Source: Amoebidium appalachense (lineage: Eukaryota; Protista; Ichthyosporea). From it: a DNA stretch of 64,000 bases. The notes under the pieces are model-generated. The model saw only the letters and a program-made list of their open reading frames with translations. It had not been told where the DNA came from and searched no databases. The position numbers and the translations under genes were made by a program. Below are positions 13,762 to 26,700 of the stretch, piece by piece; within the stretch, counting starts at the first letter, position 1, and the number at the start of each line of letters is the position of its first letter. The DNA lies in NCBI GenBank assembly GCA_963693365.1, contig CAVNZM010000006.1:2356001-2420000 (forward strand), written 5' to 3'.

Positions 13762-15541
13762 GTAATGCTGCTAGTGCTACCATCAATTACTCCATTAATG
13801 GTGGAAGTGACACCGTTGCTTTCACATGACATGGGTTGCCTACACCCTGAGTCCAACCAACGGCATTGCACTCACCATTACTGTCATCATTGGACACACC
13901 CCAACGGTAAAGCAACGGCGCCAGTAAGGCTGCAAGCAACGGGAAACGTACTAGCAACGCTGTAAGCAACGGTATCGCTTACACCGTCATGTATACCTGA
14001 TGTACACGTGCACACACCGGTGGCACACACACATGCACGCACACGTCAAATGTGATGCAAATTGTAACACATATGTCACTTTGAGACACTGTGTATATTT
14101 GTCCGGCGTTGCTTAATCTATACTGCTTGAACATATGGCGCCTCTGTTTGTGTGTGGCACAGTACTCACCGTGTGTGTATGCAAGGGACTGGATGACATG
14201 AGACCACTAGTGAGCTCAGTCACAACAGAGAGCATATGAGACACGGTGCACACCACCGTCTACCATGGATAACGAATATGGATGGATAGTGACCATCCTG
14301 CGCCTAATTTAATAGTTATGCCAGAGTCTACAAGGCGAAGCATATTTGCATACGTGTTTCCAACTTTAAGAAGAAATACCCCTACACGTTGAACTTCTGA
14401 ATCTCTCTTTCTCTCTTTCTCCTTTCCCTCTTTTCCTCCATGACTTTTTTCATGTTTTGTTAAACTTGGACATACACGCGCGTCACAAGCCCCTCCCCCC
14501 CTTCCCCCCACCGAACCGTCACCACAACTATGCACATGAAGCACAACTGCACACGGACACACGGTAATGGCATGTCAGAATATTATACGCACGCATGCGC
14601 GTGCAGCCTGGCACACACACCCCGAACACACACACACACACACACACACAGGTACACACGTACGTACACGCACACACCCAGTGGCACCTAGATCTGATAC
14701 ACACACACACATGCACACCCCCACCCCCACAGGCACACACATACACGCCGTGAGTCACACGTGCACACATGCATGTACACACCGTGGCAAACACATACAC
14801 GCACACACAGACACGCACACACACAACACACACACACACACACATACACACACACACGCCACACACGCACACACATACAGACAAGCTGCACTGTGACACA
14901 CACACATCATACACATGCACATCCATCCACCAACCACCTACGCATTACAAGACTGAGATCCAGCACCCTCATGACTCTGTTTCCAGCACCCTCATGCATA
15001 ATTTTGTTTTACATGTACCCAAGATGTGTACTAAATGGACCTTTCAGATCTGGTGGTGCTGTCCAGCGCAATGACTATTAGGGTGTTGGGTCGTTAGTGC
15101 CACGGTGCCCCTTGCGTCTCCTACTGCTTAAGTTTATGCATTCATGTCTACATACTAAGGGTGTGTATCATTCTGGTAACGTTCGAGTTTACAAACATGG
15201 CCATGGGAAATTGAAACCATGCACCATGGGCAAGCCAATGCCCGCAATGCGGTGATTCAGTCGGACGCCGGTTTGGAGACACAGACAGAGTTGTTCATAA
15301 GGGAAGTATACATATATGTGCTTAATTTATTTCCTCAATATATGGGTTACAGATATGTGTTCATACTCGTGTCAACTATGACCTTCATATTTACTTTAAA
15401 AAACCAGGACACCAGGCCCTGAGTAGAGCATACATATACAGCGTCTTACACAGTGCCCTACACAAGATCAGTGAATTCTCAAGTACCAACGCGCATCAAC
15501 GTGCAGTTGGCTATTTTAGTTTTTTTCTTTCGTTCACCCAG

Positions 15542-16369
15542 TTACTGCAGCAGCATCTGCATAGGCAGCATATTGGCTGTGGGCTTATGTGCAGGTACGG
15601 GTCTAAAGGTGGCCACACCCTCTTGCCGTGGGTAAGGCAGCACACGATAGTCACCAGACAGTGAGCGTCCACGCACACGCACGGGGCCTGAGACCGCGCG
15701 CACAGTGCGTGGTGGGGTGGGGAGCTGCGACAGAGTCATATGAGAATCGTTGGAAACAACACCCGGGGCGGTGGGTGACGGCCACTCGGAGCAGAGAGAC
15801 ACAGGGGAAGCGTCTGCGGGCATAACGCGTGGCAAGGGGGTGGGGACAACGGGGAGGGACGGTGCACTGTGCTTGCGCAGCACGGTGGCCAGTCCATGTT
15901 GGCCCTCGTCCTCCGTCACATTGCGAACAGCAGACAGGAACAGAAGAAGAGAGTCGGCCTCACTGCGCTGAGGCTCTGCTCCGGTGCCGAATATTTGGCC
16001 CGCCCAGGAGTCAAACTCGTGTGGGCCGAAACTAACCTCGAAGTCGAGCAGATTCAAAACAAACACTTCAAGTTTGCCTAGGTGCCGAGCATCCAACCCC
16101 GACCAGGTGGCCCAATAAGAGAGACCCGGACACGTATCCTCGACGTATTTAGAGCCCAAAATAACCGCTGTAGCAAAGAGGTGGTGGGGGCACAGGCCCG
16201 TGGTGGCCACACCACGCAGCCTTCGAACCACGCGTTGTATGTATATGAGAGACACGATAAGCACAGCACGTGAGACCTTAGACCGGAACAGGAGTCCAGC
16301 TGCGAATGCGGGGAAAGGAAGTGTGTTGCCACAGCAGGGGCAACGGTCTGAACCCTGAGGTGACTGCAT
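15542..16369 (-). CDS. PHO80/PCL-family (CDK5/Pho85-type) cyclin, single exon
   Basis: Cyclin box VLIVSLIYIQRV...HHLFATAVILGSKYVED...YWATWSGLDARHLGKLEVFVLNLLDFEV, followed by a low-complexity S/P-rich tail. Confidence 0.88.
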   Translation of the reverse strand: MQSPQGSDRCPCCGNTLPFPAFAAGLLFRSKVSRAVLIVSLIYIQRVVRRLRGVATTGLCPHHLFATAVILGSKYVEDTCPGLSYWATWSGLDARHLGKLEVFVLNLLDFEVSFGPHEFDSWAGQIFGTGAEPQRSEADSLLLFLSAVRNVTEDEGQHGLATVLRKHSAPSLPVVPTPLPRVMPADASPVSLCSEWPSPTAPGVVSNDSHMTLSQLPTPPRTVRAVSGPVRVRGRSLSGDYRVLPYPRQEGVATFRPVPAHKPTANMLPMQMLLQ

Positions 16370-18694
16370 TGTGTTGACAAAAAAATGTGGCGGTGTGTGT
16401 GTTCAGCGTAACTTTAGTGGACGATGGAGTGCTGTGTGTGTGGAAAAGATCGGCTGGAGGGTTTGTCGCAATAGGGAAGATGGTAACTGGAAAAAAGGGT
16501 GTTACTGAGGCATTTCAGGTTAAAAAGAACGCAAAGGGTATACTATAATGGGCCACTGTATACGAAAAAACAAATACCACGAAAGTTGTTTGTATATGGA
16601 ACAAAGGCTGAATACATGGACAACCCACGACAACACCTTTGTTACCCCCAGTCCGTGTCCGTGCGTTGTGGCTCCCGAGAGCACTGCATGCACCGTTTAT
16701 ATATGGCCGGCTTGGCCAACACGATGGCGGCAGATGATTGGCGGACGGAGCAGTGCGTCGATTGGATGACTATTGTTGGCCAGAGAGCCCCCCTAGAACA
16801 TCATAGATGAATGCGAACCATTCTGTTTGCTAAGTGCTCGCTGAAACCAGTATCAAATTTATTTGGTTCATTTTTGACCAAAATTATAACCATGAATATG
16901 AATCTGATATATATTTTGCCGCTACTCTTCTTATATCCATTTTGTCTTTCTTTATCTTATCATAGTAATACTGAATTCTGTGGGTAAGTTCTGTAACTTT
17001 CCGTTACTTGTGCAGACGTAATATCCTTACGCCAATCAGATCACGAACCGACCTGCCTTTAAACACCAACCAATCAAAGCTCGTCACAAGATGCGGTAAT
17101 CTTATTGGACGACGAGTCTCAAATGCTCTGGATTCTTCATAGCTTAGAGGGTCCAATCCAGGGCGATATTAGGCCGCCAAAAAAACTTCTAAAAGCTATA
17201 TAGTGCCATTTAATCTCAGCTTTATAAAGAAAACTTAAACCAAAACAACGTTCTATACTTATAATGCTATATAAACGTTTTTGTTTCCTAAGGAGCATAA
17301 AACATAATAAAAAAATCACCCAAAAAGAAAAACGACTGCATACCCTTTTAAATTTCCACTATCACAATATGTTTGCAAGAGGACAAGCCCATCTGTGGAG
17401 ATTGCGGAGGGTATACCACCATTCACTAATCGAATCAGTTACTGCGCTACAATTTGCATTCCACTGAGAAGCTTAGTGCCGCGTCGTGATCACATTCGCC
17501 CATGATTTTCATCGAAATTCCTTAGCCCAGGGTGTGAAATAGTGTTCGGCTGTGGGGACAGGCACACTTACAGAAGTTTGCCTCTGAAAGGCTCGCTCCC
17601 AGCTTGCTTTCTCCAGTTTACCTGGGTCTATATTAGTTTTCAACGATAGTTTCTTATTATCTGCCACTAATATAGCCACCGGTGTATCATTTGGCGGGCA
17701 TAGCCTGATATTATCCGGGCATAGCTGGGGGCATTTCCCGTCTTAAAATATTGGCCCGGTGACGTACACGCTAATAATAGGCCTGTGACTGCTGAATCGT
17801 TCGCTGGTATTGCGCGGGCGCGCTCCGGCATGCCGCATGCGCACATGTATGTGAACTCACTAAATATATCAAAAATATATGAAAATAAATCCAACAGTGT
17901 TACTAGCATGCATAACACTTCACAAAGTTGGGTGGGCACATTTATGTTCCCAGTTGTTTTCTGTTTTTTTTTTTCTGTTTTTTTTTTCTGGACGACAACT
18001 GCAAACCCAAGCAGCAGCGCGAAGCTCTCAGTCAGGCGGATTGCCAGAAATGCGCTGACGTAGGACTGTCCCCGATGACGGGCCTTCTGCACTATGGTGC
18101 CCCAAGCCTAACGGCCTCCAAGAAATAAAAAATAAAAATAAAATACTTCCCACCGGCCGATTTCAATTTTTTTTTGGATGGATCGAACGCCCTTGACGAG
18201 ACCTGTCGAATGGCGTGTCCGAGGCTAACTCAAAACCGCTAATCTGACCCCCCTCCGACCCGACCCATCCCGACCTGATTAAGTCATCAAGCCGGCCCGA
18301 CCCGGCCCGAATTGGGTCGGCCCGGACCGATTCGGGTCACGCTCCAGCGGCTGCCCGCGGTATGGGAGTGCTTGCAAAGCTCTGTAGTTGGACGTGTATG
18401 CACACGTGCACAGCACCTTGCCCTGTCACCTACTGAGGTGACTCGTATTTTTCCTTACACACACAGCGAACGTGAAGTTCAAAGCAGCCCAGGCACCGTC
18501 AGTACGTGCCAGCACCTTGCCCACCACGTTTATTAGGTTACAGATATGGCTATGGAGCCATACACCCTGTGTGGCCTCGTCCTTTAATGCAAAAATGCTT
18601 ACATGTGACATGCGGGTTAAACCGTTTGCCAAGTTACAGAATGCGACCTTTTTGTGACCTGTGACCTGTGCTGGTCACAGGTTCACACCCTAAC

Positions 18695-18890
18695 ACCTAC
18701 CACCTACTGAGGCGGTGTCTCCTTTCTTTCTTTTTTTTTTTTTTTTTTTTTTTTTACTTCCGCCTGAGTAGATGTTAAAACGTCGCACGTGCGGCAACAC
18801 GTCAGTACGTGTTAGAACATGTTTTAGGGCTAACACGTACTGACGTGTTGCCGCACGTGCGACGTTTTAACATCTACTCAGGCGGCTTTT

Positions 18891-18924
<34 letters not shown>

Positions 18925-18953
18925 AGGAGACACCGCCTCAGTAGGTGGTAGGT
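18695..18953. mobile_element. Foldback/MITE-like palindromic element
   Basis: Outer arms ACCTACCACCTACTGAGGCGGTGTCTCCTTTCT plus T-run and its complement. Inner perfect 56-bp arms at 18760-18815 and 18830-18885 around a 14-nt loop. Confidence 0.8.
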
Positions 18954-19007
18954 TCACACCCCACAAAAAGTCTCGTTCCTCTGCATCATAAAAAGCGGCC
19001 GTGCAAG

Positions 19008-19044
<37 letters not shown>

Positions 19045-19255
19045 ACCACCACCACCACCACCACCACCACCGGTCACCATGGCCACCACCAATTGCAACA
19101 CAGACAATGTTACACACACACACACACAGTCACGTCACACATGTGACGCATACATACTCACACACGCACACAAACTGTAGAGAGGGAGGGACACGGAGAG
19201 ATGTCATCATCAGTGGTGTGTCTGCCAATGTGTGTGTGTGATGTATGGGGCCCAG

Positions 19256-19297
<42 letters not shown>

Positions 19298-19514
19298 ATG
19301 ATCATATAAGGCTCTAGTACATATGTGGGAATGAATAAAGTGACTTTTCAGGCTGTTGCATAATGCTGTGTGAAGAGATGTCGAGTTCCCCAAGGCGCAG
19401 GGGGCATAACGTGTCATTACATGCGTGACATCCCTCATCGGGGGTTGTCATAACTTGTGACCTCCCAGGGGATTATCGGGATATATTTGGGATACCCTTA
19501 CTTGTGCCATGCTT

Positions 19515-19907
19515 TGGCCGAGCGGGTAAGCTCCTATGTATGTAGCCTCCGACGCAGGAGGCACCTGGTTCGAATCCCGGGATGTGGCGCATTGGGGATC
19601 GGATGCCCTGATGGGACTCGCCTGGGTGCAGAACTATGGCAATGGCCCTCTAAGCTAACTCCAACCGGGGTAGTCAAGGATCGGATGCCTTGGCTATTCC
19701 GGAAAGTTTTTTTGAGGAGCCGCTGTGGCCGAGCGGGTAAGCTCCTCGCCTCTGACGCAGGCCTAGAGGCACCTGGTTCGAATCCCGGGATGTAACGCTT
19801 TGGGGATCGGATGCCCTGATGGGACTCGCCTGCAGGTGCAGAACTATGGCAATGGCCCTCTAAGCTAACTCCAACCGGGGTAGTCAAGGATCGGATGCCT
19901 TGGCTAT
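19515..19907 (+). mobile_element. tRNA-derived SINE/Pol III unit, tandem copies 1 and 2 (copy 2 interrupted by Gypsy A)
   Basis: A box TGGCCGAGCGG and B box GGTTCGAATCC. Head resembles the 3' half of tRNA-Gly (CTCGCCTnnnACGCRGGAGGC). 3' 15-bp hairpin followed by a T-run. Confidence 0.85.
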
Positions 19908-20897
19908 TGTCGTATCCTATTGTATGTGTACTAGAGACGCGGCACTCTACTAAGTGTACACACACGAAAAGGAACGAACGTGTACGGAAAAACGGTAAAG
20001 TTTATTCAGACCAGGCTCCGACGGCCCGGGCAAACTTAGATCCGTACGGAATGAGTCTAAGTTACGACTGAGGCCATCAAGGCCGTGCCCTCAAAGATCA
20101 TCATCACCTGGCCCCCCTACGATGCCACATTCCAAACATTCCGATCTACTTTTATCGTGTGCCTGCACGAGCTAAGTCGATCTACTCAACTAATATATTT
20201 ATCCATGTCTCACCCCTCACCCTCCCCCTAGTGGCACCGCAGAGTCTAAATCTACATTTCATACTATCCTCCCCCCCCCCTCCCGGGGCCCCCTTTCCTC
20301 TACATCGAAATATATAAATACGTTTGGCAACATATACTATCAAACCTTGCCAATACTTACAAAAGGGCTTCTGCCCGAACAATCACATTCCTAAGTCCTC
20401 CTACGATCTATCCTACACACTAATTAGAATTCTATTGGACGGCTGTCCCGGCTGACGTGGTCCAATGCCCTGCGCCGGCAGAGGCAAGATGCACGCAGCT
20501 GCCAGACAGCTATCTTGAGGCCTCGGACTTGATCTTGATGATCTGTGGACCCGGGCCACCCCCCCCCCCCCCCCCCCCCGATCTCGATCGTAGACTTAGG
20601 CTAATCTGCTGAGACGGATTAGTATATGTCAACTCCCCCCCCGGCCCCCGGAAAAGCTGAGTCCCACCTCAGTCACATTACATCTAACACCCCCTAAAAA
20701 GACATAGACTAATCAGTCTCCTAAAAAAAATTAAATAAATAAATTACGAAGAAAAATAATAAATTAATCTACACCATTAGCTTGATACCTACGGAGACAC
20801 CTATGATAATAAATTAAATTCCTACGACTACGTTCACACTCCTCCTCGGTCTCCTCCCCTCCCTCCCCCTCCCCCCGTGTGTCTACGTGTATTTGCA

Positions 20898-22703
20898 TCA
20901 CTCCCCCCCCCCGGCCCCCTCCCCCACCGACTTTTTCACACCACGATTAAACTGAGGAATAACTCTCTTTGGCCGAGAGGGAGCACTAGGCAACTCCCTC
21001 TGCACTAATCTAGCCTCATAAGCACGAATAGAAAACGGGCAATCCAAATGAAACTCAGGCAACCACTGATCTTCCTGATAACCTCCCTCAAAACGAATTA
21101 AATAATAATTTACCTTACCTTCCTTACCTTCGATAACCTTTTTATCCATAATTTTATCTACTGCAGCCTCCGATACATCCACCGACCCGTCATAGTCGGG
21201 AGTGAATGCATCTAACACTCGACGGCCCTCCGGCCGTTTAACCCTAAGGGCCCTATCATAATATTCCTTTATATCATCTACATTATAAAATCTAACATCA
21301 CTCTCATTATCTAACCTCTGCACCTTATATTCCGTCGGACCTAACCTAGCCACTATTTTATACGGACCGATAAAAAGAGGCAACCATTTCTTACCATACT
21401 TACGAAGACCTTCACCTTCACCCTTACCTTCCTGCTCCTGCTTATATCTCTTTTTCCTAGTATGATCCCTAATTAAAACTAAAGTACCCTCGGCAAATTC
21501 ACGTAACGGACGTGTGGACACGTCTGTACGTGCCTGTGCCTGCTGTGTACGGGCCAGAGCTGCATCACGTGCAGCCCGGGCCCGGGTTAGTAGCTGCTCC
21601 CGGAACTCAGTCCAGTGGGGATAAGTTAGGCGGTCAGTCCCCCCCATCGGCAAAAGTGCCGTATCTAACAAACTAATAGCCTCCTGCCCATAGACCAAAT
21701 AAAACGGAGAAAAACCAGTCACAGCATGAGGGGTAGAATTATACGAATGAGCAATAAACCTAGACATATGATCCCAATCATTAGCCTCCACATCCACCAT
21801 TTTGCCAAAGGACTTCTGAAACACTGCATGCACACGTTCAGAGATGGCATTTGCTTGAGGGTGATATGCAGACGTAGTGATATGAGCTACCCTTAAAATT
21901 TTACACACCTCCGACACCAACTGATTTAAAAACACACGACTCCTATCCGTTAACAAAACACGAGGACAACCAAACCTAAGACAAATTTCATCCACAAAAA
22001 TACGAGCAAACAAAACGGCATTAGCAGTGGGGAGAGGAAAAACTTCAACCCAACGAGTGGCCACATCGGTGACGGTAACAAGAACAGTGTTACCCTCAAC
22101 CGTAGAATTAAAAGGACCGACCACATCCACTGCTACCCTTTCAAACATACGAACATTAAAATCCCTAATAAACGACGGGCGGGAACGAGAGTGGGGACTC
22201 TCATTCCTTTCCTGACAATGCATGCATGACAACACATAATCCCTCACCTCCCTACTCATACCCGGCCAAAAATACGAACGATTAACACGAAGCAACGTCC
22301 TATTTACACCTAAATGACCAGCCATGGGATGCTCATGCACCATATGCAAAACCTCAGGCACAAGTGCCGTCGGGACCCAAACTCGGTGTCCGTCTGGCCC
22401 AGAACAATGATAAACTAAATCCTGCTCTACCTGACACATTTTTGCTAACTTAGCTACCTTAATCATCTGCCTTTTATTTTTAAATTTAATCGAATCAACC
22501 GGCCCCTTTAAATAATTCTTAACCAGACCAATCAACACATCTTCCTCCTGAGCTAAGATCAAAGCCGTAGGTGCTAAGGCAGGGGCCGAGCCATGAGACT
22601 CGGTCCCGACCTCAGACACTGACAAATACCTCCCCCCCCCCTCTCCTACACTTATAAGCAAGCAACCCCGGAACCCAAGAAGACACATCCACAGACACAG
22701 CAT
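20898..22703 (-). pseudogene. pol: Element A integrase with GPY/F motif and chromodomain
   Basis: HEHPMAGHLG...CMHC, VAVDVVGPF, LLTDR, AISERVH, FIGPYKI, AVDKIMDKK...YYLIRFEGGYQEDQWLPE. Separated from its RT by the nested insertions. Confidence 0.93.
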
Positions 22704-23508
22704 CTATTCCTTTCTGCTCACTCTCCCCCCCCCTTCCCCCCCTCCCCCCCCGTCTCTCACTATCCCCCCCCTCCCCCTCCTTCTCTTCTTCAAACAAAAT
22801 ATAAGCAGCACGAGAGAGAGCATCACAGTCAACCATTGTTTCACCCTTGGCATAAAACAATTTATAGTGTCGTATCCTAATGTATGTGTACTAGAGACGC
22901 GGCACTCTACTAAGTGTACACACACGAAAAGGAACGAACGTGTACAGAAAAACGGTAAAGTTTATTAAGACCAGGCTCCGACGGGCAAACTTAGATCCGT
23001 ACGGATTGAGTCTAAGTTACGACTGAGGCCATCAAGGCCGTGCCCTACAAGATCATCATCACCTGGCCCCCTACGATGCCACATTCCATTAACATTCCGA
23101 TCTACTTTTATCGTGCGCCTGCACGAGCTAAGTCGATCTACTCAACTAATATATTTATCCAAGTCTCACCCCTCACCCTCCCCCTAGTGGCACCGCAGAG
23201 TCTAAATCTACATTTCATACTATCCTCCCCCCCCCTCCCTCCCCCCCTTTCCTCTACATCTAAATATATAAATACGTTTGGCAACATATACTATCAAACC
23301 TTGCCAATCCTTACAAAAGGGCTTCTGCCCGAACAATGACATTCCTAAGTCCTCCTACGATCTATCCTACACACTAATTAGAATTCTATTGGACGGCTGT
23401 CCCGGCTGACGTGGTCCAATGCCCTGCGCCGGCAGAGGCAAGATGCACGCAGCTGTACAGCTATCTTGAGGCCCCGGACTTGATCTTGATGATCTGTGGA
23501 CCCGGGCC

Positions 23509-23540
<32 letters not shown>

Positions 23541-23774
23541 ATCTCGATCGTAGACTTAGGCTAATCTGCTGAGACGGATTAGTATATGTCAACTCCCCCC
23601 CCGGCCCCCGGAAAAGCTGAGTCCCACCTCAGTCACATTACATCTAACACCCCCTAAAAAGACATAGACTAATCAGTCTCCTAAAAAAAATTAAATTAAA
23701 TAAATTACGAAGAAAAATAATAAATTAATCTACACCATAAGCTTGATACCTACGGAGACACCTATGATAATAAA

Positions 23775-26700
23775 TTAAATTCCTACGACTACGTTCACAC
23801 TCCTCCTCGGTCTCCCTCCCCTCCCTCCCCCTCCCCCCGTGTGTCTACGTGTATTTGCATCACCCCCCCCCCCGGCCCCCTCCCCCACCGACTTTTTCAC
23901 ACCACGATTAAACTGAGGAATAACTCTCTTTGGCCGAGAGGGAGCACTAGGCAACTCCCTCTGCACTAATCTAGCCTCATAAGCACGAATAGAAAACGGG
24001 CAATCCAAATGAAACTCAGGCAACCACTGATCTTCCTGATAACCTCCCTCAAAACGAATTAAATAATAATTTACCTTACCTTCCTTACCTTCGATAACCT
24101 TTTTATCCATAATTTTATCTACTGCAGCCTCCGATACATCCACCGACCCGTCATAGTCGGGGGTGAATGCATCTAACACTCGACGGCCCTCCGGCCGTTT
24201 AACCCTAAGGGCCCTATCATAATATTCCTTTATATCATCTACATTATAAAATCTAACATCACTCTCATTATCTAACCTCTGCACCTTATATTCCGTCGGA
24301 CCTAACCTAGCCACTATTTTATACGGACCGATAAAAAGAGGCAACCATTTCTTACCATACTTACGAAGACCTTCACCTTCACCCTTACCTTCCTGCTCCT
24401 GCTTATATCTCTTCTTCCTAGTATGATCCCTAATTAAAACTAAAGTACCCTCGGCAAATTCACGTAACGGACGTGTGGACACGTCTGTACGTGCCTGTGC
24501 CTGCTGTGTACGGGCCAGAGCTGCATCACGTGCAGCCCGGGCCCGGGTTAGTAGCTGCTCCCGGAACTCAGTCCAGTGGGGATAAGTTAGTCGGTCAGCC
24601 CCCCCCATCGGCAAAAGTGCCGTATCTAACAAACTAATAGCCTCCTGCCCATAGACCAAATAAAACGGAGAAAAACCAGTCACAGCATGAGGGGTAGAAT
24701 TATATGAATGAGCAATAAACCTAGACATATGATCCCAATCATTAGCCTCCACATCCACCATTTTGCCAAAGGACTTCTGAAACACTGCATGCACACGTTC
24801 AGAGATGGCATTTGCTTGAGGGTGATATGCAGACGTAGTGATATGAGCTACCCTTAAAATTTTACACACCTCCGACACCAACTGATTTAAAAACACACGA
24901 CTCCTATCCGTTAACAAAACACGAGGACAACCAAACCTAAGACAAATTTCATCCACAAAAATACGAGCAAACAAAACGGCATTAGCAGTGGGGAGAGGAA
25001 AAACTTCAACCCAACGAGTGGCCACATCGGTGACGGTAACAAGAACAGTGTTACCCTCAACCGTAAAATTAAAAGGACCGACCACATCCACTGCTACCCT
25101 TTCAAACATACGAACATTAAAATCCCTAATAAACGACGGGCGGGAACGAGAGTGGGGACTCTCATTCCTTTCCTGACAATGCATGCATGACAACACATAA
25201 TCCCTCACCTCCCTACTCATACCCGGCCAAAAATACGAACGATTAACACGAAGCAACGTCCTATTTACACCTAAATGACCAGCCATGGGATGCTCATGCA
25301 CCATATGCAAAACCTCAGGCACAAGTGCCGTCGGGACCCAAACTCGGTGTCCGTCTGGCCCAGAACAATGATAAACTAAATCCTGCTCTACCTGACACAT
25401 TTTTGCTAACTTAGCTACCTTAATCATCTGCCTTTTATTTGTAAATTTAATCGAATCAACCGGCCCCTTTAAATAATTCTTAACCAGACCAATCAACACA
25501 TCTTCCTCCTGAGCTAAGATCAAAGCCGTAGGTGCTAAGGCAGGGGCCGAGCCATGAGACTCGGTCCCGACCTCAGACACCGACAAATACCTCCCCCCCC
25601 CTCTCCTACACTTATAAGCAAGCAACCCCGGAACCCAAGAAGACACATCCACAGACACAGCATCTATTCCTTTCTGCTCACTCGCCCCCCCTTCCCCCCC
25701 CCTCCCCCCCCGTCTCTCACTATCCCCCCCTCCCCCTCCTTCTCTTCTTCAAACAAAATATAAGCAGCACGAGAGAGAGCATCACAGTCGACCATTGTTT
25801 CACCCTTGGCATAAAACAATTTATAGGAGAACTCACCGAGAGCCGCGGCCCACTTCTGCATCCTCTCGTTGACCAGACGAGTGGTGCCGGCCATGGCTAG
25901 GCAGGGCTTGTGGTCGGTGTAGACCTCAAACGTCCTGCCTGCGAGTATATACCTCCATGCCTGTGAGACTGCCCAAAAGATAGCATGGGACTCTCTCTCC
26001 GGATTGCTATATCTACGTTCACTTTTACTAAATGAACGACTAGCATAAGCAATCACTCTATCCTGCCCCTCCTGCACTTGATATAACACGGCCCCCTCAG
26101 CAACCTTACTTGCATCGCACCGAACTTTAAACATCCCCCCCCCGCCGAAAAATCAGGATGAACAAGCATACTCGAAGACTGCAAAGCTAACTTAAGCTTT
26201 TCGAAAGCAGAAACAGCATCAACATTCCAATCTATTCTATTCTTCTTCTCCCCCCCCGTCTGACTAGTTAACGGCAAAGCAAGCATACTATAGTCCTTAA
26301 TATAACGACGAAGATAATTAGTTAAACCTAAAAATTGCCTTAGTTGAGTGACAGTCTGAGGACGGGGCCACTCAACTATGGCCCGGATTTTCTCCGGATC
26401 AGGGGAAAGACCATTACTAGACACAATATGACCTAAAAACTTAACCTCCGGCACACCAATCACAGTCTTGCTACCGCTAATACGAAGACCAGACTCACCC
26501 AAAGCTAAAAATACTTTTTCACAATTATTAACTAACTCCTCAAATGACCTACCTTTAATTAAAACATCATCCAAATAAGGGTGGCATACATCCAAATGAG
26601 GGTGGAGAATTTTATACATTACCCGGCACAACATAGCTGGAGAGGAGAGCAAACCCATCGGCACCACCTTGTACTGGAACAGCTGGTCACCCAGTGCAAA

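Noticed and set aside
17520-18360. hAT-like element suggested by CCGAC/CCCGA subterminal-type repeats
   Set aside because: No matching TIR pair or 8-bp TSD could be identified.
19600-19660. Hammerhead ribozyme in the SINE unit (CTGATGG...GAAC)
   Set aside because: The core deviates from CUGANGA/GAAA and stems I and III could not be built.
19714-19800. Functional tRNA gene or HDV-like ribozyme
   Set aside because: The arms pair poorly and the anticodon differs between copies. The CTCCTCGC resemblance to HDV lacks P3 and P1 partners.
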